Assembly (NCBI RefSeq): GCF_963921235.1
Contig: NC_086106.1
Span: 17,484,001 to 17,548,000 of the forward strand
Length of the DNA: 64,000 nucleotides
Direction of reading: 5' to 3'
Source: Mobula hypostoma
Lineage: Eukaryota
Below the pieces are notes generated by a model, which saw only the letters and a list, made by a program, of their open reading frames with translations, did no database searches and was not told the origin of the DNA. Shown piece by piece: positions 23,816 through 36,784 of the stretch; the stretch's first letter is position 1, and each line of letters begins with the position of its first letter. The position numbers and the translations under genes were made by a program.

Positions 23816-25359
23816 CGTAACCCAAATCGGTCGACGGAGGTGGCAGACCCGGTGCTAGACGCCTATCAATGGGCCCAATTATCGAATTAGTACTGAAATT
23901 CATTTATTATTGTCATGCGTACCGAGTTACAGTACAAAGCCTGGAATGCATGCATTGCCTATGTACAAAGCTATGCGAGAGTTAAACACCTTCTCAAGAC
24001 GGAAGCTTTCTTCAGGGTTTTTAAATGAGATCCTACTTGTCGAACCGTGGAAAGTTAAATTAAAATACGTATTGAATTCGCTGTTGTTCGCATGATTTGA
24101 TTTTTTTTTCTCCTTCTCTTGCACGTCTGCCAACCGCCTTTAAACTTTACAAGATATCGGCAAAATATAGTCACAGCACTGGACACAGAACTAGACAGCA
24201 GTTATATATTTAATAGAGGTAGGAAATTCTATCTCCTAAGATCCAACATATCAGGCATTCAGCCCAGAAAAGCCGATGGAACTCTGTTCCTACTGATATC
24301 AACCCAGACGATCATGCCACAAGCGGGCCCCAAGGTAATCAGCTCACCCTCTCCTCATGGCTAACTACCCTGGCATTTCTTGCTGACACCACGCCCCCCC
24401 CCCAACCAGGAATCTCATCACAACCGGTATCTTTGAAGTGGGAGCAGTTAACTATGTAGAAAGAATATCTTCAAGACCAGTCTCTGAGACTGTCCTTTTT
24501 AAACCAAAGACTTAATGAAATGATCATTTAGTTTCAGTAGTTAAGTCTGACAACCTATGGGTGCCAGGCAAGGAGACCTCTGGCCTCTAGAGGCCCAATT
24601 CTTTTAGTATAGACATCACTTCCTGTACATAAGCTTTTATATTAATATAATTTCATTTACTGGTTAGTTTTGACTTGATTTGAAGCGCACGGTGGGAAGA
24701 CGTTCATCTCCGTCCATTTTTTATTTGCCCTTGAAATAGCAATATCTGACAGTCTTAAGTTATTTTGGTAATGTTGATAAACATTGAGGAGATATATTTT
24801 GAAGAAAATATCATGTTTATCATTTATCTCTATTAAGATACCACTGTACCACGAGTTTACCCTTGCTTACACAGCAGAGTTATGGAGTGTGGCGTGTGTC
24901 TATTACCTTGGTTAACACCAGTTGTTAGAATAGTCGATAGTATATTCAGGTGGGCAACAATTCTGTATTGAAGTACATTTATTATCAAAGAACGTATAAA
25001 TTGTACAAACTTGAGATTTGCTTGCTCACATGTAGCCGCAAAGCAAGAAACCTGAAAGAACCCAATTCAAGAGAAAAAAATTAAAATCTAAACTGAATTT
25101 ACCCTTCCCCCCCAAAAAAAATCTCAAACAATATCAAAAAGTCTTAATGCTTTTCAGAAAGTCAAATCACACTCATACACATTACGATGGCAGGTATATC
25201 CTCATAAATGTTCCATGTTAGACTGTGTCTGTGCCAAAGATCTTAATTCAGCAACCAGATGTTTCCTTTGTGCCTGATAGGAAATGCATTCAAACAAGAT
25301 ATGTTGACAACTGCACTCCCTACAAATGCTGGTATTAATCCTGAACAAGGAATTATTTG

Positions 25360-25962
25360 AGCAACACACAGCAAAGTTGCTGGTGAACGCAGCAGGCCAG
25401 GCAGTGTCTCTAGGAAGAGGGAAGACGTTTTGGGCCGAGACCCTTCGTCAGGACTAACTGAAGGAAGAGCTAGTAAGAGATTTGAAAGTGGGAGGGGGAG
25501 GGGAGATCCGAGATGATAGGAGAAGACAGGAGGGGGAGGGATGGAGCCAAGAGCTGGACAGGTGATAGGCAAAGGGGATATGAGAGGATCATGGGACAGG
25601 AGGCCCAGGGAGAAGGAAAAGGGAGAGTGGGGGGAAACCCAGAGGATGGGCAAGGGGTATAGTCAGAGGGACAGAGGGAGAAAAAGGAGAGTGAAAGAAA
25701 AAATGTGTGTCTAAAAATAAATAACGGATGGGGTACCAGGGGGAGGTGGGGCACTAGTGGAAGTTAGAGAAGTCGATGTTCATGCCATCAGGTTGGAGGC
25801 TACCCAGACGGAATATAAGGTGTTGTTCCTCCAACCTGAGTGTGGCTTCATCTTTACAGTAGAGAAGGCCGTGGATAGACATGTCAGAATGGGAATGGGA
25901 CGTGGAATTAAAATGTGTGGCCACTGGGAGATCCTGCTTTCTCTGGTGGACAGAGCGTAGGT
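25360..25962 (-). mobile_element. Penelope-like (Neptune-type) 3' fragment: GIY-YIG C-terminus and pLTR
   Basis: DLPVATHFNSTSHSHSDMSIHGL..EEQHLIFRLGSLQPDGMN; hammerhead at ~25424-25455 with GAAA mutated to AAAA. Confidence 0.85.
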
Positions 25963-26109
25963 GTCCGCCAGAGATAGAATTAATTATTTGACCTAGTATG
26001 TTCAATACGTCAATTTGTAAGTATAATTTCTTCCCCCTGTTTCACCCATCGTCCAGCTGAGTTCCCACCTTCCTGTGAATTTCATCTAAATGCCATCCTC
26101 CCTTTTCCT

Positions 26110-27015
26110 CATCAAGTCCAGTCAAGTCACTTTTTATTGTCATTTCGACCATAACTGCTGGTACAGTACACAGTAAAAATGAGACGATTTTCAGGACCAT
26201 GGTGCTACACGAAACAATACAAAAACTACACTGAACTACGTAAAACAACACAAAACTACACTAGACTACAGACCTACCCAGGACTGCATAAAGTGCACAA
26301 AACAGTGCAGGCATTACAATAAATAATAAACAAGACAATAGGCACAGTAGAGGGCAGCAGGTCGGTGTCAGTCCGGGCTCTGGGTATTGAAGAGTCTGAT
26401 GGCTTGGGGGAAGAAACTGTTACATAGTCTGGTCGTGAGAGCCCGAACGCTTAGGTGTCTTTTGCCAGATTACAGAAGGGAGAAGAGTTTGTATGAGGGG
26501 TGCGTGAGGTCCTTCATAATGCTGTTTGCTTTACGGATGCAGCGTGTGGTGTAAATGTCTGTAATGGTGGGAAGAGAGACCCCGATGATCTTCTCAGCTG
26601 ACCTCACTATCTGCTGCAGGGTCTTGCGATCTGAGACGGTGCAATTTTCGAACCAGGCAGTGATGCAGCTGCTCAGGACGCTCTCAATACAACCTCTGTA
26701 GAATGTGGTGAGGATGAGGGTTGAGAGATGGACTTTTCTCAGCCTTCGCAGAAAGTAGAGACGCTGCTGGGCTTTCTTTGCTATGGAGCTGGTGTTGAGG
26801 GACCAGGTGAGATTCTCCGCCAGGTGAACAGCAAGAAATTTGGTGCTCTTAACGATCTCTACGGAGGAGCCGTCGATGTTCAGCGGAGAGTGGTCGCTCC
26901 GTGTCCTCCTGGAGTCAACAACCATCTCTTTTGTTTAGTTCACATTCAGAGACAGGTTGTTGGCTCCGCACCGGTCCGTTAGCCGCTGCACCTCCTCTCT
27001 GTATGCTGACTCATC
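26110..27015 (-). mobile_element. Rex1/Babar LINE 3' fragment
   Basis: [30 protein letters not shown]. Confidence 0.85.
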
Positions 27016-27754
27016 CCAGCTTTGTTGCCGCCGTGATTGAACAGACTCTTAATTCTGGCTTTCACCTCCCACTCAGGCAAAGGCACCAATACATTTATAT
27101 GATTGATTTTAAGTGGTTGCCTGGCTGAGGTGGTGGCCGTCTCGTTTTCTTCAACCGCAGCATCGACGGGGACCCATAAGTTGAAAGTTCACAGTTTGGT
27201 TGTCATTCAACCACACACGAATACAGCCAAACGGAAACAGCGTTACTCCGGGGCCAAGGTGCAAAACACAGAGCCAACAGTCACACACGGCACAAGGCAC
27301 GTACAAGATATCAGCCAACTACAGTCACACAAAAATGAAAAGGACAAGACCCCGTGTCTATGTGTGTGGGAATGGTCGGCAGTCGAACACAGCACAGCCT
27401 GTCTTCTGCTGAATGAACACTGGGGGGCAGCATCGGCGCCAGCTTGGAATCCGTTCCGCACATCTCGGGCACTCCGGTGGGGCGCACTGACTCCGACCGC
27501 GGCCGCTGTCCGAACCCTCGCTACAACCGAGACCTATACACTTGGATATAGAAGCCTGGAGCCCGCAGCCCCGACAGGTGATGTCCATTCTCAAGAAGAT
27601 GCACACATTATAGTACAATAGTCTCTGCTTTATTATTTTGTACATCATTATTCTGTTTATTATCAGTTAAGTCTGCACACTGCTAACTGTGTTTTTAAAT
27701 GCTGTTGCTGTAATGAAAGAATTTCCCTCTCGGGATCAATAAAGTACTTTATTA

Positions 27755-28378
27755 TTAGATTATAAACACACGCAGTCCTCTTTTATTGTCATTTAGTAAT
27801 GCATGCATTAAGAAATGATACATTATTTCCTCCGGTGTGATATCACAAAACACAGGACAGACCAAGACTGAAAAAACTGACAAAAGCACATAATTATAAC
27901 ATATAGTTACAACAGTGCACAATACCATAACTTGATGAAGAAGTCCATGAGCACAGTAAAAAGTTCAAAGTCTCTCAAATGTCCCACATCTCACGCAGAC
28001 GGGAGAAGGAAGAAAAATTCTCCCTGCCATGCCGACCACAGTCTGACTCTGAGTCGTCCGAAAACTTCGAGCCTCCAATCAGCTCTCCGACACCGAGTAC
28101 TGAGCACCATCTCTGTTCCAACGATTCGACCTCAATCTCGGTGGCCAACAGCAGGCAAAGCCGGGGATTTTGAGGCCTACCCTCCAAAAGATTCCCGACC
28201 ACGCAGTAAAGACAGCAGCGAACGAGCGTTACAGAAATTTCTCCAGATGTTCCTCTGTGCTTTTGCGTCCCTCTTCATCAAATCAGAATTGTCCACGGCC
28301 CCTATTTAACAGATACGATATCATTTTTCACCGGAGGGCTGCGCACGCACAGCGCGCTGCTCTCTCTCCTCCCGCCTA
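27755..28378 (-). mobile_element. Non-autonomous LINE-tailed repeat, homologous to 59936-60610
   Basis: Both copies share 'gtcctc.tttattgtcatttag.aatgcatg' and 'ctctgagtc.tccgaaaacttcgagcctcc'. Confidence 0.7.
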
Positions 28379-29440
28379 ATAAATATTATTATTATTATTA
28401 AGAATGTCTGGCCTGCAATTTGAAGTACCTGTTTTAACTGACAACAAATCAGAGCACAGAAGTAACACAACCTTCAACCCATTCCAAGGCTAAAATGATA
28501 ACAACCATCTCAGAGGTGAATATTGATATCTTGACTGATAAGCTTTTCTTAATAGTCACCTGAAACTTTGGAACAGAGACAGGAATGTCTGAACGAGCTG
28601 TCACTCGATCTTTTAAATCATCTGTGTAGATATGAAAGAAGCCATGATATCTGCCTTCAAAGGATTCAAGGGTTCGTTTATTATCAAAGTATACAAATCT
28701 GAAATTCTTCTTCTCCAGATAGCCATGGAACCAAGAAAAAAAAGAACATCAACACAACAATTGATCCCCAAAATTTCCCTCCTTCCCACACAAGACAAAC
28801 AAACAAACAAAAATGGAACAGGCACATCAACCCCCAAATCACCCGCCCCCCTGCTGCACACACAAAAAAGAGAAAGATTGGGTCAAAGTAGTCTTGAGAC
28901 TGAAAAAGAAGTTCCTATACACATCCAAGATGCAGAAAACTTTGATAACATCCTCCGGGCGAAGCCGCAGGCCACACAGTCTTCCCTCTCCGACAGCAGA
29001 GGATCCCACCAGCGGTCAAAAGGCAGGTGGCTGGTGCCCACCTTCCACATTTGCCTCGACGTTTCAATCTCCCTCATTGCCTTAATCAGCGAAATGGAGT
29101 CGAAGATTGGCTCGTGCTCGCTGCCTCCCAGAATCCCCTCGGAGACGGCAAAGTGCTGCCACTCCCAAACGATCGCCAAAGTGCAAGTCACATGCTCCAA
29201 CAATTCCAGAAACACGTTCCAGATGATAAACAGACGTAAAACACCTAAAAGCAGCAAAATAAATAGTTTTGTGGTCTACCCAGAAGATGTCAACCGTGGG
29301 AGCAGGTGTCATCTTGACCGGAAGAACAAGATGCATATGTTGCTGGGCCACCTGTGAAAATCAATCTTCTTCTTGATCTTGAAAGCCTAAGTCTTCCGCA
29401 GATGAAAGGAAAAACCATGAAGGAGTGACGGAAAGGGGCC

Positions 29441-29712
29441 GTACCGTGTTAAAGAGTTTCAACCCCTACCATGTTAAAGAATTTCAACCCGTACAGTGTT
29501 AAAGAATTTCAACCCCTACCGTGTTAAAGAATTTCAACCCGTACAGTGTTAAAGAATTTTAACCCCTACCGTGTTAAAGAATTTCAACCCCTACCGTGTT
29601 AAAGAATTTTAACCCCTACCGTGTTAAAGAATTTCAACCCCTACCGTGTTAAAGAATTTCAACTCATATCGTATTAAAGAATTTCAACCCACACCATATT
29701 AAAGAATTTCAA
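29441..29712. repeat. 25-bp minisatellite, 11 copies
   Basis: Unit CTACCGTGTTAAAGAATTTCAACCC, head to tail with no spacers. Confidence 0.95.
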
Positions 29713-29856
29713 AACCAATAATGCTTCAAATCCAATAACCATATAAACATACAATACCAAATATCATCTTTCCCCGGTGATGTCTGACCAGCACCATTCA
29801 TAGTCCTTTTTAAGTCAGACAACATAAGTTTGACATCCAAGTAAGAACTGAAACAT

Positions 29857-30061
29857 AAACAACAGGAATTCTGCAGATGCTGGAAATTCAAGCAACACAC
29901 ATAAAAGTTGCTGGTGAACGCAGCAGGCCAGGCAGCATCTCTTACTAACTCTTCCTTCAGTTAGTCCTGATGAAGGGTCTCGGCCTGAAACGTCGACTGC
30001 ACCTCTTCCTAGAGATGCTGCCTGGCCTGCTGCGTTCACCAGCAACTTTGATGTGTGTTGC
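29857..30061 (+). mobile_element. Fold-back Penelope pLTR mini-insert (205 bp) with 14-bp TSD
   Basis: AAGAACTGAAACAT at 29843-29856 and 30062-30075; inverted arms of ~50 bp. Confidence 0.88.
29963..29998 (+). ncRNA. Minimal type I hammerhead ribozyme with intact core
   Basis: Stem I AGTC/GACT, CTGATGA, stem II AGG/CCT, GAAAC, GTC cleavage triplet (predicted cut after 29994). Confidence 0.8.
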
Positions 30062-30416
30062 AAGAACTGAAACATTCTTTTTCTCAGCATTGCTTGCCAA
30101 CCTTGTTTCTATATAAGAACTCTCTTCTTTACTTAAATTGCCCAAACTATATACACTGACATATGCTTTTGCTAATAATTCTGCTTTTTCAGAGTCAGTA
30201 ACTGCAACTTTCTTCCCACCACACAAAACTGGTAACGCGTCAAGTTTTCTAACTCCCCCCATTTTCTGTGTCAAACCCCAAACTTCCCCGACCTGGATCT
30301 CTTTCCCAATTCTATCTCAGTATGTTCTCCAATATATTTTCTTTGCCCTACTCACGAACTTTCTGATCACAAGCAAGAGAAAATCTCCCCATGCTGAAAT
30401 TCTGAGCAATACACAG

Positions 30417-31250
30417 TGTTACGTACCCCGTAACTGGGTTGCCAAACCAGCAGAAATGGACCACTTTAGTTGGAGTCTGGTTAACAGAAACTAATAAAGT
30501 TTTATTAAAGAAATAAGTAACACAGTACTCTAATCGTACGGATATAAATGCAACAGGTTAGCAATGATAAAACACACATGTACACAGAACTAGGGTAATA
30601 GGAATCAAGCAAGCTCTATCGCAGTCTAGGGGTAAAATGATCAGTCTCAAGTGACTCAGAGTTCAGTTCAGCTTAGTACAGTTCGCAGTAATCGCTGTTG
30701 TGCCATTGGAGAGAGAGAGATAATATGCAAATCTGATTCAGACAGTCCTTTGATGTTCTTCGCAGTTAGCTTTCGGGCAAACCCTTTTAATGTCTTCTGA
30801 GGTCACCGACTGTGACCCCTCCATTCCGGATACGACCGTTCTACCGCAGTGAACCCGGCACCCAGGCAAGGGCGGACACACACACCAGGTTCCCACAGAT
30901 CGTACCCTTTTCACCCTGTGCGTCTATGGTCGGTTCCCGCGACCAGACCTCCAAACTCCCACCAACTTGTGGGGGCACACCACTCTTCCAGGGTCTCGTT
31001 ATCTCCTGATCTCGTGGTGTGTGTCGTGCCTTAGCGAACCTGTTCTTTTTATCCCCCTGCTGGGGTATTGCCTGTCCATCAAACTTCAAACAGTTCAGGT
31101 TCAAAGCAACCGGTCTGTCAATATTCTGAAATGTGTTTCTTTCTCGTTAATCTCTCTCTTCTCTCTTATTAGCATTTTGAATGTTTCTCCATTGTCTCCC
31201 TTATCTCTCTCATCAGCATCAATCTTCTGATAACTTGGTTTGTCATCACA
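30417..31250 (-). mobile_element. Solo LTR (834 bp) with 4-bp TSD ACAG, inserted in a Penelope mini-insert (~30370-31406)
   Basis: TGT...ACA termini; ACAG at 30413-30416 and 31251-31254; host reads through as 'gcaatacacag|aaactgctggaggaac'; host hammerhead at 31299-31334 has CTGCTGA. Confidence 0.9.
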
Positions 31251-32031
31251 ACAGAAACTGCTGGAGGAACTCAGCAGGCCAGGCAGCATCAGTGGAAAAG
31301 TCCTGCTGAAGGTTCTCGGCCTGAAACGTCGACTGTTTATTCCTTTACTGCTTTCTGTAGATGCTGCCTGGCCGGCTGAGTTCCTCCAGCATTTCGTGTG
31401 TGTTGTTCACCACATTTCTCACTGTAGCTTCAGCTCTTTTATATAGTGTGAAAGATGACTAGGAGTGACCCTGCCTAACTTCGCTAAAAGTTTAATTCTT
31501 CTCCTTCACAGCTCTTTTTCCTTCATCCATCTACCAGGGATAATCTCTCCCTTCGTCACCTCCCAACAATCTGGGAATTGATTCCTTAGCTAGTGAGCTG
31601 AGTGCAGAGCACAAAGTATTATTACTCAACTTGATATCCCCCAAAACCAAATCTACTTTCACGTAAATCATCGAATATGTCCCAATTTGCCTTTTCAACA
31701 TTTCATCTAGGGATCTGAGACACAAGTATTCCCATTGTAGAGATAATGGGGGGAATGATTGCTCCCCACTGTTGTATCATTATACACCTCCCAGTTACAC
31801 ACCCTTGCAATATCCCCAGATACCAATGTGAGGTCTATTGCAGAAACAGTGTTAGTGAGTTGCTTTATTCTTTCCTTCTACCACCATTCCAGCTCACCAT
31901 ACTCTTTTCTTCCAGAAAGTCTTCCTGCACCACCCCATCACTACATCGTCTCAGCACTACGAGCATTATAAATCCCGAACCATATGACTCTACTTTCCCC
32001 ACTTCTGCCCACACTTTCCAAATCTATCAGG

Positions 32032-32688
32032 GGTACACATATGTTTTGGTCTTGTTCTATATTGGAACAGTTCTGGAAGTCAGTTTTTTCAACAATTTCT
32101 AAAGCACTTTTAAAATTAATCTACAACCTCATAAATTAACTGTGCTTTTTGGAATAGTTCCTCAAAATATTCATGGTATTTCTGTGTCTGACCAACATGT
32201 TGTTGCATTTGTTACATTGATAGCCAGGAGGGCTATTTTGTTGAAGTGGAAGGATACATCAGCTCCCACTTTGTCACAATGGTTCTCTCAAGTGATGCTA
32301 TGTCTTAGTTTGGAGAAAATTAGAAGTCGAACCTTTATTTGATTTTGAGAAAAGATGGGGCTCATTTGCTCGTTATTATCATTTGAGCTAATTTAATATA
32401 ATTTTTCCACGATCTAATTGTAAATTTTTTAGTATATTTTCTGTTCTTGCTGGCGGTTTGATGTTTATTTTTAGAAGCTTTTTGTATGACGCATGGCTTT
32501 GGGGTTGTACAGCTAATGGGTTCTCTTTTTTCCTCACTTTTCTGCTTAGCAGGTTTTTTTTGTTATCACAAAATTTTTTTCAATCTTTAAGATAATGTCT
32601 TTTTTGAGACATTGTAAGTGTTGTTACTTCAATGTACTCATGTTATTTTTTTCTGTATAACATAACAATAAAAAGATTTGAAACGAAA
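32032..32688 (+). mobile_element. L1-type LINE 3' fragment with 13-bp TSD
   Basis: HMFWSC..IARRAILLKWK..LEKIR; CAAAT(C/A)TATCAGG at 32019-32031 and 32689-32701. Confidence 0.85.
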
Positions 32689-32889
32689 CAAATATATCAG
32701 GTGTTAACCCTTCCCCAGGGTTATAAAAATGTATGATCTGTACTTCACTATTTTCTCCAAAATTCCCACCACGAATGACTCATGAATGACTCTGATTTCC
32801 ATAACTCTATGTGCTGTCCGGTTTTTGACAAAGGTAGCCACTCCACCCCCGTCACCCCATTTTCCGATCGTGTTTTGCATCAACGTAAC

Positions 32890-34785
32890 CTTGTATTTGT
32901 CTACCGAAGCAACAGACCCACAGCAGAAGCATCTCGTTGGCTCCTCACTCAATCCTGGAGCATCTGGGACAGCAAAGATGCAGACATCAGGATGCTCTTT
33001 ACCAACTACAGCTCGGCATTCAATACCATCATCTAATCAATAAGCTTCAAAAACCTTGGCCTCAGTACCTCTTCATGCAATTGGATCCTGGATTTCCTCA
33101 CTGGCAGACCCCGGTCAGTTGCAATTGGCAACAACACCTCCACCACGATCTCCATCGGCACAGGTCCACCACCGGGCTGTGGGCTTAGCCACCTGCTCGA
33201 CTCGCTTTATAACCATGACTGTGAGGCCAAGCACAGCTCCAGGGCCGTATCCAAGTTTGCTGATGACACCGCCGCTAGGCTGAACCAGTATATAAGAGGG
33301 AGATCGGAAATCCGGCCGAGTGGAGCCACAACGACAACCTCCCACTCAACGTCAGCAAGACCAAGGAGCTGATTACTGACTTTGGGAGAGGGAAACCGGA
33401 GGTTCAGGAGCCAGTTCTCGTCGGAGGATCAGAGGTGGAGAAGATCCACAACTTCTCCAATAATTCCTTGGTGTTATTACTTCGGAGGACCTGTCCTGGA
33501 CCGAGAATGTAAGTGCAATTATGAAGAAAGCACTGCAGTGCCTCTACTGTCTTAGGAATTTGCGGAGATTTGACATGACATATAGAACTTTGACAAACCT
33601 CTATAGTTGTGTAGTGGAGAGTATATTGACTGGCTGCTTCACAGCCTGGTATGGAAACACCAATGCCCTTGGACAGAAGATCGTGCAATGGGTAGATGAT
33701 ACAGCCCAGTCCATCACGGATAAACCCTTCTGCAGTATTGCGATGCTGAGGATGGTCTACGAGCCTGCGGTGGCCAGTGTGATCATGTTTGCTGTTGTGT
33801 GCTGGGGCAGCAGGCTGAGGGTAGCAGACACCAACAGAATCAACAAACTCATTCGTAAGGCCAGTGATGTTGTGGGGATGGAACTGGACTCTCTCACGGT
33901 GGTGTCTGAAAAGAGGATGCTGTCCAAGTTGCATGCCATCTTGGACAATATCCCATCCACTACATAATGTACTGGGTGGGCACAGGAGTACATTCAGCCA
34001 GAGACTCATTCCTCTGAGATGCAACACTGAGCGTTGTAGGAAGTCATTCCTGCCTGTGGCCATCAAACTTTACAACTCCTCCCTTGGAGGGTCAGACACC
34101 CTGAGCCTATAGGCTGGTCCTGGACTTATTTCCATCTGGCATAATTTACGTATTACTATTTAATTATCTATGGTTTTATATTGCTATATTTATACTCCAT
34201 TCTTGGTTGGTGCAACTGTAACGAAACCCAACTTCCCTCGGGATCAATAAAGTATGTCTATCTATCTATCTATCTATCATTAAGCTCATCTACATAGAGT
34301 GCTGTTGCAGGAAAGCAGCATCCATCATCAGGGACCCCCACCACCCAGGACATGCTCTCTTTTCACAGCTACAATCAGGAAGAAAGTACAGGAGCCTCAG
34401 GTCCCACACCAGCAGGTTCAGGAACAGTTATTATCCCTCAACCAACAGGTTCTTCAACCAAAGGGGTTAACTTCACTCAATTTCACTTGCCCCATCATTG
34501 AAATGTTCCCACAACCTACGGACTCACTTTCAAGGACTCTTCATCTCATGATCTTGATATTTATTGCTCATTTTTAATTTATTATTATTTCTTTCTTTTT
34601 GTATTTGCACAGTTTGCTCACTGGTTAACCACCCAAGTCGATATGATCTTTCATTGGTTCTATTAGAGTTATTATTCTATGCATTTATTCAGTATGCCCA
34701 CAAGAAAAAGAACCTCACAGTTACATATGGAGACATATATATCCATATATATTTTGATAATAAACTTAACTTTGAACTTTAAACT
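32890..34785 (+). mobile_element. Rex1/Babar LINE containing a nested second Rex1 3' end (~33740-34278)
   Basis: YSSAFNTII and VVESILTGCFTAWYGN; the nested copy ends in a (TCTA)n tail. Confidence 0.8.
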
Positions 34786-35399
34786 CAGACAAGATTTCAA
34801 TCAGGTTTCCTGTACACACAAAACATCCAGTTAATTGGGTAAATGTTCAACAAGTTTCTTAAATTCATGACCATTAGCTAACAAACTTCTAGTTTTCCAT
34901 TGTAAGATTAGAAAAGTCATTAACAACCCTCACTTTGAAGTCTCAACATTATTTACTTCTCCCTGTGAGACATCCATAATAACTTCCAGAGTTAAGTCTT
35001 TTTTAGCTCTAGATATTTTTCTGCTGCTTTTAATACAATTCTATTGTTTCCATCCTGTTTTCAGTTGCTGTAGAGTTCACAGCACCTGCCATGAAAGTGA
35101 CAAACTTTGTCAACAACCAGAGAATCCTTTATCATACAGTCATCCACTTTATAGACTGTCTTCAAGCTATTCATATTCTGGATACAAACAGGTCTCATTG
35201 ACTTTCTGCAGGGCGTCTGCATATGGTATGCCCATTCTCAGCCGAACACGTTGCATTTCCACAGCTTTCTTACATACAGGACACTCCGCATGAGCAGAGG
35301 TAGGTTCTCCTCCTAATGCCTTCTCCACAATGGCCATAAACAGGTTCCCCACCTCATCTACCCACAGCTGCTACACGGCCAAACTTCTGGCACTGAAAA

Positions 35400-36510
35400 C
35401 TTCTCAGAGGGGGCAAGTGGACTCAAATAACTCATATAACTGCTCCACAATCTCCTTCAGCGCAGGTGCACCACAAGACTCAGACCCCTGCCTCTACTCG
35501 CTTTACACTTGGCACAGCTCCAGTTTGCAGTAGGACAATCAAAGGTGGTGACGAATCAGCATATGGGAGGGGGACTGAAAATCTGGCTGAGTGGTGTCAC
35601 AACAACCCCTCACTCGATGTCAGCAAGACCGAGGAGGTGGCTATTGATTTCAGATGGAGGAAACCTGGGATCCATGAGCTAATCCTCATGGGGAGGGGGT
35701 TGGAATCAGAGGTGGAGAGGGTCAGCCAACTTTAAATCCCTCAGTGTTATCATTTCAGTGGATCTCTGTCCTGGGTTCCGCACGTAAATGCCATTACACA
35801 GAAAGCACGCCAGTGCCTCCACTCAGAGGTTTACAGAGATTCTGCATGTCATCCAAAACTTCGACAAACTTCTAGAGTTGTGTGCTTTAGAGCACATTGA
35901 CTGGTTAAATCACGGCCTGGTATGGAAACACCAATGCCCTTAGATGGAAAATCCTACGAAAAGTAGTGGACGCGGTCCTGTCTGTCACGGGTAAAGCCCT
36001 CCCCACCATTGAGCAAATCTGGATGGAACACAGTCGTAGGACAGCAGCATCTGTCATCAGGGACCCCCACCACCCAGGTCATGCTCTCTTCTCGCTGCTG
36101 CCACCAGGATGCAGGTACAGGAGCCTCAGGACTCAGACCACCAGGTTTAGGAAGATATTCCCCCTCAACCGTCTGATTCTTGAAGCAGATGGAATAACTT
36201 CACTCAACTTTACTTGCCCCATCACTGAACTATCCCCACAACCTCTGGACTCACTTTCAAGGACTCCATCTCACGTTCTCGATATTTATTGCTTATTTAT
36301 TTATTATTATTATTATTATTTTATCTTTCTTTTTGCATTTGCAAAGTTGACTGTTTTTGTTTTGCACATTGATTGTTGTCCATCCTGTTGGGTGCGGTCT
36401 TTCATTGATTCTACTGAGCTTCTTGTATTTACTGTGAATGCCCACAAGAAAATGAACCTCAGGGTTGTACATAGTGACACACGTGTACTTTGATAATAAA
36501 TTTACTTTGA
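35400..36510 (+). mobile_element. Rex1/Babar LINE fragment
   Basis: DESAY..NLAEWCHNN and IRDPHHPGHALFSLLP; tail 'aataaatttactttga'. Confidence 0.8.
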
Positions 36511-36784
36511 ACCCTATCCCATAACTTCTTTCCGTCAAATTTAATCAACGCCGATAAGCTCTGTTCTTTCTCCACAATGAAACACATTCAAACATTCAGC
36601 ATTCACAGCTCCTCCTCTGACTGAATTATTTTTAACTTGGTCCATGGATACATCTGAAGGCACTCCAGAGAGTACTCCCCAAAGCCACTGTTGTTCCATA
36701 TAATTTCTTGGTGTTACTTTCCTCCCTCCCAAGGCTTCTAACCCCAAACCTTTATCACTTTGCTAACTATCTTTGCAAAATACT

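Noticed and set aside
28632-29357. 241-aa ORF
   Set aside because: Antisense read-through of a non-autonomous repeat inserted in the Nimb RNase H region; no domain signature
29441-29712. CRISPR-like appearance (short repeat with internal palindrome)
   Set aside because: Units are head to tail with no unique spacers, there are no cas genes, and the context is vertebrate
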